Shown: piece after piece, positions 30,540 through 40,741 of the stretch
Position numbering within the stretch: the first letter of the stretch is position 1
Layout: each line of letters opens with the position of its first letter
From: Deltaproteobacteria bacterium
Lineage (GTDB): Bacteria; Myxococcota; Kuafuiibacteriia; Kuafuiibacteriales; Kuafuiibacteriaceae
Reading direction: 5' to 3'
Assembly (NCBI GenBank): GCA_040218735.1
Contig: JAVJQW010000070.1
Span: forward strand, 416,001-480,000
Length of the DNA: 64,000 bases
Notes under the pieces: model-generated
What the model saw: the letters and a program-made list of their open reading frames with translations, nothing else
Databases searched by the model: none
What the model was told of the DNA's origin: nothing
Position numbers and translations under genes: made by a program

Positions 30540-32315
30540 GTGGTAGTCTCCCCGCGCTTGGCTTCCGACTTTCAGGACGCGCCGACGATCACCCGTCACC
30601 AGCAGACGCAGGCGCCGGTGCGCCTCTGTCTGGTCGTCGTCGGGGAGAGCACGTTCTGCACCCAGCCGCTGCCCGAGTCCGGCCACGTGACCATCGGGCG
30701 CGCGGAGACCAACGACGTCCGCATCGATGACCCGTCGGTCTCCCGCGAGCATGCGATCCTCCACGTCGAAGACGGCCTGTGGATCGAAGACCTCGGCAGC
30801 GCCAACGGCACGCACGTCGACAAGGCGCGCATCGGATCCAAGCGCCGCATCGAGGTCCAAGCCGACCACGTGATCGAGATCGGTTCGTCGATGGTGATCG
30901 TGCAGCGCACGTCGTCCGTGCGACCGCGCCGCCTCTGGACCCACGACTACTTCGAGGCCCGCATCGAGGACGAGTGCGAGCGGGCCCGTCGCTCGCGCGC
31001 GCACTTCTCGGTGTTACGCCTGCACGTCGACGGCGCGAAGCCACGGCGCGTCCAGAGCACCCTCGCCGCGGAGCTCTCCTCGGCGGACGTCATCGCCGCC
31101 TACGGCCCGGACGAATACGAGGCGCTCCTCGTCGACGCGAACCACGAACGCGCGACGGAGGCGGCCCAACGCATCGTGATGGCGCTCGACGAAGTCGACG
31201 CCCGCTTCGGCCTCGCGACCTACCCCCTCGACGGCTCTACGCCCGAAGCGCTGATCGCCCACGCGTGTGAGGCCGTACGCGCCCCGTCGTCGCCCGCGCC
31301 GAGCTCGGGCCCGCCGCTGGTGATGAAAGACGACGCGATGTGCGAGCTGTACCGCGTCGTCGATCGCGTCGCGGCCGGCACGATCAGCGTGATGCTCCTC
31401 GGCGAGACCGGCGTCGGCAAAGAGGTCGTCGCGGAGGCGGTCCACCGCCGCTCCCCCCGGCGCAACGCTCCGTTCGTCCGCCTCAACTGCGCCGCGCTCT
31501 CGGAGTCGCTCCTGGAAAGCGAGCTGTTCGGCCACGAGAAGGGCGCGTTCACCGGCGCCGACGCAACGAAACCCGGGCTCCTCGAGACCGCGTCCGGAGG
31601 CACGGTGTTCCTCGACGAGGTCGGCGAGCTCCCCGTGGCGTTGCAAGCCAAGTTGCTCCGGGTGATCGACGAGAGGAAGGTGCTGCGGGTCGGCGGGCTA
31701 CAGCCCCGCCCGATCGACGTTCGCATCCTCTCCGCCACGAACCGCGACCTCGAGCAGGAGGTGCTCCGACGCGCCTTCCGCGCGGATCTATTCTTTCGCT
31801 TGAATGGAATCTCCCTAATCATCCCGCCGTTGAGGCAGCGCCCGGCGGAGATCGTGCCGTTGGTCGAGGCCTACGTCGCGCACCTGTCCTCGGCGATCGG
31901 CGTCGCCGCGCCCGAGGTGAGCGACGACGCGATCGCGATGTTGGAGCGGTACAGCTGGCCCGGGAACATCCGCGAGCTGAAGAACTTCATCGAGCGCGCG
32001 ATCCTGTTGTGCACGGACGGCACGATCCGCCCCGAACACCTCCCCGTGGAGAAGATGCGCGCGACGCTCCTCGCCACGGCGCCCGAGGACCTCCCGCGCC
32101 CGCCTGCCCCGGACGCCGACCTCTTCCTCGCCGACGGACCGGAGGCGGACCTCACCGACGCCGAACGCCGAGAGCGCCGCGCGATCGTCGAAGCCCTCGA
32201 AGCGTGCGGCGGCAATCAGACCGCCGCCGCGAAGAAGATCGGCGTCTCCCGGCGCACGCTGGTGTCGCGCCTCGACAAGTACGCCATCCCCCGCCCGCGC
32301 AAGTCCGTGAGCTGA
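30540..32315 (+). CDS. Sigma54-dependent enhancer-binding protein (FHA + degenerate GGDEF-like + AAA+ + HTH)
   Basis: IGRA..ND...VSREHA...DLGSANGT (FHA), [49 protein letters not shown]. Confidence 0.93.
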   Translation: MVVSPRLASDFQDAPTITRHQQTQAPVRLCLVVVGESTFCTQPLPESGHVTIGRAETNDVRIDDPSVSREHAILHVEDGLWIEDLGSANGTHVDKARIGSKRRIEVQADHVIEIGSSMVIVQRTSSVRPRRLWTHDYFEARIEDECERARRSRAHFSVLRLHVDGAKPRRVQSTLAAELSSADVIAAYGPDEYEALLVDANHERATEAAQRIVMALDEVDARFGLATYPLDGSTPEALIAHACEAVRAPSSPAPSSGPPLVMKDDAMCELYRVVDRVAAGTISVMLLGETGVGKEVVAEAVHRRSPRRNAPFVRLNCAALSESLLESELFGHEKGAFTGADATKPGLLETASGGTVFLDEVGELPVALQAKLLRVIDERKVLRVGGLQPRPIDVRILSATNRDLEQEVLRRAFRADLFFRLNGISLIIPPLRQRPAEIVPLVEAYVAHLSSAIGVAAPEVSDDAIAMLERYSWPGNIRELKNFIERAILLCTDGTIRPEHLPVEKMRATLLATAPEDLPRPPAPDADLFLADGPEADLTDAERRERRAIVEALEACGGNQTAAAKKIGVSRRTLVSRLDKYAIPRPRKSVS

Positions 32316-32422
32316 AGCCGTCCGGGCTGAGGCCGTCCGGAGGCGCCGAGGCATTTCTCCACACTCCGCGCACGGTTCCTCACCCGCGCCCCGCTGGCGC
32401 GGAGTCTGCACATGTCGCACGT

Positions 32423-35400
32423 GTGTCCGCCGGGACTCGCGCACGCCGTCTCCTCATCGCCCTCGCCGCCGCGCTCGCGGCCCTGGTCGTCTGCGCGATC
32501 GGCGTGGTCGGCGCGCTGCACGTGCCGTCGGTGCAGCGCCGCGTGCTCGACGAGATCGAAGCCGCCGTCACCGCTTCGATCCACGGGCGGCTGGAGCTCG
32601 GGGACCTGTCCGGCGCGCTGCTCTTCGGACACGTCGAGGTCGGACCGTCGCGGCTCGAAGACGAGCGAGGGCGCGCGCTCGTCTCGGTGGAGCGGGCGTC
32701 GGTGAACGTCGAGTGGCTGGACTCCCTGCTCGCGGGCGGGCTCGTCGCCGAGGCGATCGTAGTCGCGTCTCCGCGTGTCTGGATGGAGGTCGACGCCCAC
32801 GGCAACAGCTTCTCGCGCCTCCCCAAGAACACCGCCACCGACACCAGCACGAGCCCCACGTTCTCACCGGTCGACATCGTCGTCCGCGACGCGACGCTGC
32901 AGGACGGTTCGTTCGAGCTCGTCGCTCCGGATCGGCGTCTGTACTTCGCGGACGTCGAGGCGACGCTCTCGGGCGCCGTCGGCGCCGAGCGCATCGACGC
33001 GACCGTCGCGCACCTCGGCGCGTCGTCCGCGCTCCTCCCCGAAGGCGCACATGTCCGCGGCGCGGTCGCGCTGCACCCGGACCACCTCACCGGTCACGCC
33101 ACGGTCGAAGACGCCGCGGGAAGCGTGGTCACGCTCGCCGACGCACGCCTCGACTACACCGGCGTTCGGATCCGCACCGACTTCGACGCCCGCATCGAAC
33201 CCCCCACCGTCGCGCGCTACGCACCCGGGCCGACGATCCAGGGGGCGCTCGCCGGGACGTTCGAGCACGAAGCGGACGGTGCCTGGAAGCTCGCCGCCGA
33301 AGGACACACGCTCGGCGCCGACGTCGACATCGACGCCACCGCGGACGACGCGTTCGACGCCATCACCGCGAAGCTCGACACCGAGCCCGGCGTCGACCTG
33401 TCTCGGCTTCATGCCGCCCTCCCCGCCTCCGCGCTCGCCGTGCACGCAATCGTCGCGCTGACCGATCTCCCCGCGCTCACAGGGACCGCGAAGGCCTCGA
33501 TCGAGGGACGCGTCAACGCGGTCGACATGCACCCGCTCCTGATTCGTAGCCTCGAAGCCAACGCCCGCGTCGACGACGGTGCGTTCGTCGCCTCCGCGCA
33601 CCTCGACGCCGACGGCGCCGAGCTCGACGCCGACGCCGAGGGCCGCCTCGATCGCTTCGAGCTCGACCGGGCGGACCTGAGCTTCACCGTCCCCCGCCTC
33701 GCGCGGCTACTCGGACGACCCCGGATCGACGGGCACGTCCGCGGACACGCGACCCTCCGCGATGCGAAGGTCGCGGCTCGGCTCCGCGGGCGACACGTCC
33801 TCTTCGACGGTGTGAAGGCCGGGCGCGTCGACGTCCGCGCCGACCTCGAAGCCCCCTTCGAAGCGCCCCGCGGGACGGCGAAGGTCGACGTCGAAGGCCT
33901 CGCCGTCGAGGCGCAGCACCTCGGCGACGTCCGTCTGCGTGTGAAGCGCGAGGGCACCGGCCCATACGACGTGACCGTGCGTTCCCGCGGCGGCGCGCCC
34001 GCGCTCGAACGTGTCGACGCCGCGCTCGCGGTCGACCTCACCGAGGACCGAGTCGTCGCCGAGATCCGACGGCTCCGCGCCCGGGCGATCGGTTCACGGT
34101 GGCGCGTCGGTCGCGGCGCCCGCGTCGCGCTCGCGGACGACTTTCGCGTCCTCACCGTCGACGCGCTGAGCGTCTCCACGGAGGACACCCGCGTCTCCGC
34201 GAAGGCCACGATCGACCTCGGCGCGCAACGAATCGAAGCGCTCCGCGTCGACGTCCCCGAGCTCCACGTGAACACGTTGCGCCGCGCCGGGTGGCTGCCG
34301 CGCGGTGAGGTGGACGGCGCATGGTCCGCGAAGGTGCGAACGCGGGACGGCATCCTCCACGCGGACGTCGCCGTGTTCGGCGACGACGTCGGCCGCGGGC
34401 GCGCCGCCGCGCGCGTCACGCTCCCGAGGCGCCCGTTCGACGTCGGAGCTTGGCGTCGCCTCACGGCGGACGACGTCCGACGCCTGAAGCTCGACCTCGC
34501 GCGGCTCGACGTCGGCGCGGTGCAGCGCATGTTCGGCGTGCGGCCCGTCGTGACCGGCGCTGCGTCCGGCGGCATCACGTTTGCGCGCGGCCAGCTCCGT
34601 CGGGGCGCCATCGATCTCGACGACGGCCGCATCGAGGGCCTCTCCCGAGATGTCGCCGTCTACGTGAGCGTCGAAGCCCCCGAGCGCCCGTGGGTGCGCG
34701 TCCGCGTCACCGGCGTGCTCGACGGCACCCCCGTGCTCGCGAGCCGGATCGAGGTGAACGCGGATCCGATCCGGCTCCGTCGTGACGGTCTCGAAGCGCT
34801 GCGCGCGGCAAACTTCACCGCGAACACGCACCTCACCGACTTCCCGCTGTCGGCGATCGAAGGGCCCCGTCGAATGGCCGGCGTCGTGACCGGCACCGTC
34901 GCCGTCGCACGTCGCCATGAGGCGCTGGATCTCGTGGTCGACGCCGAAGCGACACGAGTACGACTCGGCGAGCGCTGGCCGCTCTTCGACCTCACCGTCG
35001 ACGGCCGCTCGGAGCGCGGACGCGTCGAGGTCGACGCTCGACTTCGAACCAACGACGCGGGCCACCTCACCCTGGCGGCGCGCGGACGTGCCCCCGCCGA
35101 CGCCACGAACGTCACCGCGTGGACGCAGATGCGCCTCGACGACCTCGAGACCATCGAGGTCCACGCCGACGGCGCGCGCCTCGAAGCCTGGGGACGTGCG
35201 TTCGACCTCGACGGACTGCGCGGCGTGCTCGGCCTCGACGCCCTCGTCCGAGCCCGCGGCCGCACCGGTGAAGCCTCGGTGCGCCTCGACGGGTTCTCGA
35301 TGGGCGACCGCGCCGCGATCGACGCACAGGTCTACGTCGACGGGCGCCCCGACCGCACCACGCTGGAGGCCACGGCGTTTGCGAACGAACGCCCCATCCT

Positions 35401-37084
35401 CGAAGCCCACGCCACCTCCCCGCTCAGCCTCGGGCGCCTCACTTCGACTTCCACGCGGGCCGTACCGGACCTCCCGGTCGACGCGACGATCGCGGCGGAG
35501 CAGATCCCCCTCGCCCTCGTCGCGGCGCTGCTCGATCTCGACGACCCGCTCGCGGGCCACGTCGCGATCGACGGGGAGCTCTCGGGTCGGCTCGGCGACC
35601 CCCAGCTCGCCGTGCACGTGGTCTCCGAAGACCTCGGCGTCGGCGACACGCGGTTCGAGACGTTCGACGTCGACGTGAACCTCGACGCGCAACGGTTCGC
35701 CGCGGACGTCAGCGTGCGCCAGGTCGGCGGCGGGCGCCTCGAGCTCGACGGGACGCTCGGGCTCGGCGGCGACGACACCCTCGACCTCGACCTCGACGCC
35801 AGCGAGCTACAGCTCGACTTCCTCTCCCCGCTCATCGGAGCAAACGGCGCCTTCGGCGGGGTGGCGGGACGTATCGACGGCAACGTCTCGATGGACGGCA
35901 CCCGGCGCCGCCCCCTCGTCGCCGGCGCGCTCCGGCTCGAAGACGTGCGCGCCGTCCTCGTTCACCCGGTTCCGCCGATGGAGCACGTCGACGGCGAGCT
36001 CTTGTTCGAAGACGACCGCTTGCGGTTCGCCCTCCGCGGCGCCTCCGGCGACGGGCGGTTCACGTACGAAGGCGAAGCCCACGCAGACCGAGCCGGGCGC
36101 CTCGAGATGAGCTCCGAGCTCGAGGTCGCCGACGTCGCCGTCGCGGCCGGCCCCAAGATCCTCGAGACGGATCTGTCCGCGAAGATCGAGCTGCTGTTCG
36201 CCGAACAGCTCGACGTCGACGTGCTCGTCACGGACGGCAACGTGAAGCTCCCGTCCCGCGGAGCCTCCGAGCGGCTCCCCGTCGAACGGCTCGAACACGT
36301 CGTCGTCGTCGACGAGCTCGGCGCCGCCCCCCCCGCGATCGAGAGTGCCAACGCCGACGACGGCTCGGCCCTGGCCTACCGCGTCCAGGTCCGCACCGCC
36401 GGACAGGTGCCGATCCGCAGCGCCGACCTCAACGCCAACCTCGTCGCCGACCTCACCGTCGCCCAGGCCGACGGGCCCCCGACGACGAGCGGGTTCGTCG
36501 AGGTCACCTCCGGCACGGTGAACCTGTTCGGGCGCCAGTGGACGATCGACAACGCCGACGTCCGCTTCGCGGCGGGCCGCGACCGGCGCCCGCGGCTCGA
36601 CGTACGCGTCCGCCACGACTTCCCGAACGTCACCGTCTACGTCGCGGTCTCCGGCTCACCCGAGGATCCGCGCGTCCGCTTCAGCTCGGACCCCGCGATC
36701 TTTTCCCAGGACCAGCTGATCGGCTTCGTCCTGGGCGGCACACCGAGCTCCTCAGAAGAGGACGCCCCCCTCGCGGACCAGGCCGTCGGCGCCGCGACCG
36801 GATTCCTGCTCGGCGAGGTACAGTCGCGCCTGCAAGACAAGTTGCCGATCGACACCATCTCGGTCGACCTCGACGACACCGCGTCCGCGGAGGCGGTCAG
36901 CGTCGGCAAGTGGATCAGCAGCCGCATTTTCGTCGCGTACAACCTGAGGCTCGCGCCCGAATCCGACGAGAACGCCAACGCGGGCCTCGTGCAGTTCCGC
37001 CTCGGGCGCGGCTGGATGCTCGAGACGACCTACGGCGACCGCGGCAACGGCAGCGCCGACATCCTCTACCGGAAGAGGTTCTAG
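32423..37084 (+). CDS. tamB: Translocation and assembly module TamB (AsmA-like)
   Basis: N-terminal TM anchor, long beta-rich body, C-terminal DUF490-like end (VSG..EDP.V.FSSDP, VGKWIS, DILYRKRF). Lies directly upstream of the Omp85 gene. Start estimated at GTG 32423. Confidence 0.82.
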   Translation: MSAGTRARRLLIALAAALAALVVCAIGVVGALHVPSVQRRVLDEIEAAVTASIHGRLELGDLSGALLFGHVEVGPSRLEDERGRALVSVERASVNVEWLDSLLAGGLVAEAIVVASPRVWMEVDAHGNSFSRLPKNTATDTSTSPTFSPVDIVVRDATLQDGSFELVAPDRRLYFADVEATLSGAVGAERIDATVAHLGASSALLPEGAHVRGAVALHPDHLTGHATVEDAAGSVVTLADARLDYTGVRIRTDFDARIEPPTVARYAPGPTIQGALAGTFEHEADGAWKLAAEGHTLGADVDIDATADDAFDAITAKLDTEPGVDLSRLHAALPASALAVHAIVALTDLPALTGTAKASIEGRVNAVDMHPLLIRSLEANARVDDGAFVASAHLDADGAELDADAEGRLDRFELDRADLSFTVPRLARLLGRPRIDGHVRGHATLRDAKVAARLRGRHVLFDGVKAGRVDVRADLEAPFEAPRGTAKVDVEGLAVEAQHLGDVRLRVKREGTGPYDVTVRSRGGAPALERVDAALAVDLTEDRVVAEIRRLRARAIGSRWRVGRGARVALADDFRVLTVDALSVSTEDTRVSAKATIDLGAQRIEALRVDVPELHVNTLRRAGWLPRGEVDGAWSAKVRTRDGILHADVAVFGDDVGRGRAAARVTLPRRPFDVGAWRRLTADDVRRLKLDLARLDVGAVQRMFGVRPVVTGAASGGITFARGQLRRGAIDLDDGRIEGLSRDVAVYVSVEAPERPWVRVRVTGVLDGTPVLASRIEVNADPIRLRRDGLEALRAANFTANTHLTDFPLSAIEGPRRMAGVVTGTVAVARRHEALDLVVDAEATRVRLGERWPLFDLTVDGRSERGRVEVDARLRTNDAGHLTLAARGRAPADATNVTAWTQMRLDDLETIEVHADGARLEAWGRAFDLDGLRGVLGLDALVRARGRTGEASVRLDGFSMGDRAAIDAQVYVDGRPDRTTLEATAFANERPILEAHATSPLSLGRLTSTSTRAVPDLPVDATIAAEQIPLALVAALLDLDDPLAGHVAIDGELSGRLGDPQLAVHVVSEDLGVGDTRFETFDVDVNLDAQRFAADVSVRQVGGGRLELDGTLGLGGDDTLDLDLDASELQLDFLSPLIGANGAFGGVAGRIDGNVSMDGTRRRPLVAGALRLEDVRAVLVHPVPPMEHVDGELLFEDDRLRFALRGASGDGRFTYEGEAHADRAGRLEMSSELEVADVAVAAGPKILETDLSAKIELLFAEQLDVDVLVTDGNVKLPSRGASERLPVERLEHVVVVDELGAAPPAIESANADDGSALAYRVQVRTAGQVPIRSADLNANLVADLTVAQADGPPTTSGFVEVTSGTVNLFGRQWTIDNADVRFAAGRDRRPRLDVRVRHDFPNVTVYVAVSGSPEDPRVRFSSDPAIFSQDQLIGFVLGGTPSSSEEDAPLADQAVGAATGFLLGEVQSRLQDKLPIDTISVDLDDTASAEAVSVGKWISSRIFVAYNLRLAPESDENANAGLVQFRLGRGWMLETTYGDRGNGSADILYRKRF

Positions 37085-38980
37085 GTGCGCCGCCTTGGCC
37101 TTGCTCCGCTCCTCTTCGCGGCCGCGTGTGCCTCCGGACCGCAGAGCCCACCCGGCGTCGGCGCGGTCGAGATCCACACGGCCGCGCCGACCGACGTCGA
37201 CGTCGACGCCCTGAAGGACGGCCTGGAGAACCACCCGCCGCGCGGCGTCGTGTTCCGCGAAGTCGCCGACTACGAGCCGCTCGCCCTCGAGTTCGACAAG
37301 ACCCGCATCGAGACCTTCTTCGCGCGCCGCGGCTACTACACGGCGAAGGTCACGGACATCACGGTGAAGGAGCGCGGGGAGGAAGCGCTGATTCACTTCG
37401 AGGTCGAGCCGGGCCCACGCTCGGCGTTGAAGTCGATCGACATCGACGGCGCCCCGGACGCCGCGCTCATGAACGCCGAGGCGCTCCGTTTGTGCTCGCT
37501 GTTGGAGGTCGGCGAGCGCGTCGACTACGACCGCATCGTCGAAGCCGAACAACGCATGACCGCGCGCCTCAACCACCAGGGCTACGCATCCGCGAAGGTC
37601 GTGCCCCGGCTCCAGGTCGAGCGCGGCACCGGCGATGCGATCGCGCACTTCCTGGTCGACACGGGCCCCCTCACCTACTTCGGCGACGCGCTCACGAGCA
37701 CGGCGTCCGAGCTCCCGGACACGTTCGTCTACAACCGCGTCGCGTGGCGCAGCGGCGACGTCTTCAACCCGCCGGACCTCGAACAGACCCGCGCGCGCCT
37801 CCTGAAGACGGGACTGGTCGACGACGTGCGCTTCGTCGAGCGCGAAGGTCAGCGCGACGACATCCTCGACGTGAAGATCGAGGTCGCGCGCGGTGAGCCC
37901 CGTGAGTTCACGGTGGGCGCCGGCGTCGGTCTGCAGCAGTCCTTCTACGAGCTACGCGGGCGCATCGGGTACCGGCACAAGAGCTTCCTCGACCCGCTGA
38001 CCACGGTGCGCCTCGAGGCCCGCCCCGCCTACGCGATCTTCAACAACGTCTCCACGGGCTCCGGCGCGGGCGGCAAGTTCAACTGGGAAGCCCGCGCGGC
38101 GCTCGACCGCGAGGACTTCGTGTTCCCGCGGCTCCGCGGCACCGTCGGCGCCGACTTCGAGCGCATCCAGCTCGACGGGTACACGGCGACCGGACCCGGC
38201 GCGAAGGTCGCGCTCGGCCGTGAGTTCCTCGACGACCGCCTGCAGATCGCGTTGGGCCTCCACGTCGACCAGCGCAACTTCTCCAACGTGACGTACCAGC
38301 TCGACGACGCGGAGCGCGGGGACGTCGGGCTGATCGATCCGCTCCTCGTCGGCTACGCGGCGCCGTCCATCACCTACGACGGACGCGACAACCCCCTCGC
38401 GCCGCGCGCCGGCTTCTACGCCTCCGTGCGTACCGAGGTCGGCTACGTGTTCTCGGCGGACACTTCGACGTTCCTCATCGTCACACCCGAGCTGCGCGGC
38501 TACCTGCCCCTCGGGGACCGCGTCGTGCTCGCGGGGCGCTCACGCTTCGGGGTCGCGGCGCTCGGACTCCGCCCGCTCCCGATCACCCACCGCTTCTTCG
38601 GCGGCGGCGCCGACGGCCACCGCGGGTTCGGCCGACGACGCCTCGCTCCGCACGTCCCCTCCACCGACGACGACGCCGGGTTGCCGGTCGGTGGAGAGGC
38701 GATGCTGCTCACCAGCGCGGAGGTGCGCGTCGATCTGTTCGAGGTGCTCGAGCAGATGTTCGGGCTCGTCGCGTTCGTCGACGTCGGTGACGTGGTGCTC
38801 GACCTGTCCGAGCTGGACCCGAAGCGCCTGCACGTCGCCGTCGGTCCGGGCGCCCGGCTCGACACGCCGGTCGGTGCGGTGCGGTTGGACGTGGGCTTTC
38901 GCGTGAACCGCAACACCGCCGGCAACCCGGATCCGGGAGCGCCGTTTGCGTTCCACCTCAGCCTCGGGGAGGCCTTCTGA
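37085..38980 (+). CDS. tamA: Omp85/TamA-family outer membrane protein
   Basis: POTRA-like domains, RFFGGG...RGF, GGE, TPVGAVRLDVG, C-terminal HLSLGEAF. Confidence 0.85.
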   Translation: MRRLGLAPLLFAAACASGPQSPPGVGAVEIHTAAPTDVDVDALKDGLENHPPRGVVFREVADYEPLALEFDKTRIETFFARRGYYTAKVTDITVKERGEEALIHFEVEPGPRSALKSIDIDGAPDAALMNAEALRLCSLLEVGERVDYDRIVEAEQRMTARLNHQGYASAKVVPRLQVERGTGDAIAHFLVDTGPLTYFGDALTSTASELPDTFVYNRVAWRSGDVFNPPDLEQTRARLLKTGLVDDVRFVEREGQRDDILDVKIEVARGEPREFTVGAGVGLQQSFYELRGRIGYRHKSFLDPLTTVRLEARPAYAIFNNVSTGSGAGGKFNWEARAALDREDFVFPRLRGTVGADFERIQLDGYTATGPGAKVALGREFLDDRLQIALGLHVDQRNFSNVTYQLDDAERGDVGLIDPLLVGYAAPSITYDGRDNPLAPRAGFYASVRTEVGYVFSADTSTFLIVTPELRGYLPLGDRVVLAGRSRFGVAALGLRPLPITHRFFGGGADGHRGFGRRRLAPHVPSTDDDAGLPVGGEAMLLTSAEVRVDLFEVLEQMFGLVAFVDVGDVVLDLSELDPKRLHVAVGPGARLDTPVGAVRLDVGFRVNRNTAGNPDPGAPFAFHLSLGEAF

Positions 38981-39045
38981 ACCCCGGACCCAAGACCGAC
39001 GGTCGCTGCCTTTCGCGCCGTCGGTTCTTGCCCTATAGAAGCGGC

Positions 39046-39681
39046 ATGAAAGTGGAAGATCTGCAGGCTGCCCTCGTTGGACGAGGTTGGACTGTCGAAG
39101 TGAAGAAACCCAAAGACCTGGACCCACCGCACAAGCTGGTGAAGGTCCTGAAGGGGGGCCTCTTCAAGTGCGTCGATGGTCGCTTCTCCGACCAGGCCGC
39201 CATGCGAGGTCCGAAAGCCCTGGGTGGCGTGTACGCCATCGCGTCCATGCGAGGCGCACGCACGGTGGCTGAGCTCCAGAAGATCGTCCAGGACATGAAC
39301 AAGGCCGGCAAGTACACGCCGTGCGTGCACGGGGACACCCACGGGGGCCCGCTCGGCTGCGGTTACTTCAAGCTCTGGAAGACGGGGCAGCTGCCTGGCC
39401 TGACTCCGCCGAAGTACGACGGCGACTTCGGACGCGCGGCCGTGCTCGCGGCGGGCGGGGTCTACGAGGGCCTCGTCGGTTCGCACGAGGAGTCGTTCAC
39501 GGTGATCAACCTGAAGCCGAACACGACGCTCGAGCCGAACTACGAGAACCAGCGCTTCGTCCTCGACGCATGGGTCGCCAAGGAGTTCCGCATCGATCTC
39601 GCCAAGTACGCAGTGACGGCGGCGGAGACGGTCGAGCGGCTACGCCCCGCGGCGATGCACGCGGTCATCGTCGTGCCCTGA
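39046..39681 (+). CDS. Zeta-class (cadmium, CDCA1-like) carbonic anhydrase, single repeat
   Basis: GRGW, KCVDGR, GPK..GG.YAIA, VHGD, LGCG.FKLW.TG, GSH.E, INL..N.TLEP, QRF.(L/V)D.W and terminal IVVP match the diatom CDCA1 repeat as I recall it. Confidence 0.88.
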   Translation: MKVEDLQAALVGRGWTVEVKKPKDLDPPHKLVKVLKGGLFKCVDGRFSDQAAMRGPKALGGVYAIASMRGARTVAELQKIVQDMNKAGKYTPCVHGDTHGGPLGCGYFKLWKTGQLPGLTPPKYDGDFGRAAVLAAGGVYEGLVGSHEESFTVINLKPNTTLEPNYENQRFVLDAWVAKEFRIDLAKYAVTAAETVERLRPAAMHAVIVVP

Positions 39682-39715
39682 ACCGAGCCTGTACGGATCG
39701 CTCGCGCACGTTCGA

Positions 39716-40666
39716 TCAAAGATCGTTCGTGCGCTCGAGCTCGTCGTCTTCTTCTTCGTCACCGCCGACAACCTGATTTCGGCCGCCGTCCTTCGCGGCG
39801 TACAGGCGCTCGTCCGCAGCTTTGATGAACGAGTTCGGGTCGCGGTGCGGCCCCATCTCGGCGATGCCGATCGACACGGTCACGTCGATGTCCCGGTCCT
39901 CGTAGACGAAGGGCGACGACTCGACCATGCGCCGGATCTTCTCCGCGAAGATACGCGCGCGCGCTCCGTTGGTCTCGGGCATGAGGATGGCGAACTCCTC
40001 GCCACCGTAACGTGCAAACGCCTCCTCCTTGCGGATGTGTTTGCTGACCATCTCGGCGAGCCGACGAAGGACGAAGTCACCCGCGAGGTGCCCGTGCACG
40101 TCGTTCACCTGCTTGAAGTGGTCGATGTCGAACAACAGCAACGACAGCGGGCGATCGTAACGTGCACAACGCGCCATCTCGCGGTCGATGAACTCCATGA
40201 AGTAGCGCTTGTTGTTCACCTGCGTCAGACCATCGACGATGGTCATCCGGTAGATCTCTTCGTGGAACAGCGCCTCGATGTTCCCGCCCTGGAGGAACTT
40301 CAGGATCGCGCCGCCGATCTTGATCAGGTCGCCGTTGCGGAGCCGATCGAACTTCACCTCGATGTCGTTGACGTACGAGCCGTTCGTCGACTTGAGGTCC
40401 TCGATGTAGAAGCCGTCCTTCTTCGAGAGCACGCGCGCATGGCGGCGCGACACGTTGTCCATGTCGAGGACGATGTGGCTCTCGGCGCCGCGGCCGATCA
40501 CGATCTCCTCCTGGTCCAGCGTGTACTGCTTCCCGAGGTCGCGACCGTAGATGGTCACGAGGCACGACTCCGTGGAGATGGCCTTGTCGATGATCCGCGA
40601 GACGGAAGAGACGCGAGTCTCCTCGTCCTGTCCGGCCATCTCGGCAAATTCCATCACGCCGTTCAT
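39716..40666 (-). CDS. FHA-domain diguanylate cyclase
   Basis: IGRG...VSRRHA...DLKSTNGS (FHA), DGLT, DIDHFKQVND.HGH.AGD, RYGGEEF. Confidence 0.92.
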   Translation of the reverse strand: MNGVMEFAEMAGQDEETRVSSVSRIIDKAISTESCLVTIYGRDLGKQYTLDQEEIVIGRGAESHIVLDMDNVSRRHARVLSKKDGFYIEDLKSTNGSYVNDIEVKFDRLRNGDLIKIGGAILKFLQGGNIEALFHEEIYRMTIVDGLTQVNNKRYFMEFIDREMARCARYDRPLSLLLFDIDHFKQVNDVHGHLAGDFVLRRLAEMVSKHIRKEEAFARYGGEEFAILMPETNGARARIFAEKIRRMVESSPFVYEDRDIDVTVSIGIAEMGPHRDPNSFIKAADERLYAAKDGGRNQVVGGDEEEDDELERTNDL

Positions 40667-40741
40667 ACTACGACCTCCCGTGGCCTCGAAGGTATCGGGG
40701 TCGATGTAGCGCGTGCGGCGCCCGAGTACGCGCGAGTGGGA

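Noticed and set aside
31340-32422. Apparent N-terminal extension making TamB 1914 aa
   Set aside because: It overlaps the sigma54 activator in another frame and is Arg/Pro-rich noise. TamB's TM anchor begins near 32423.
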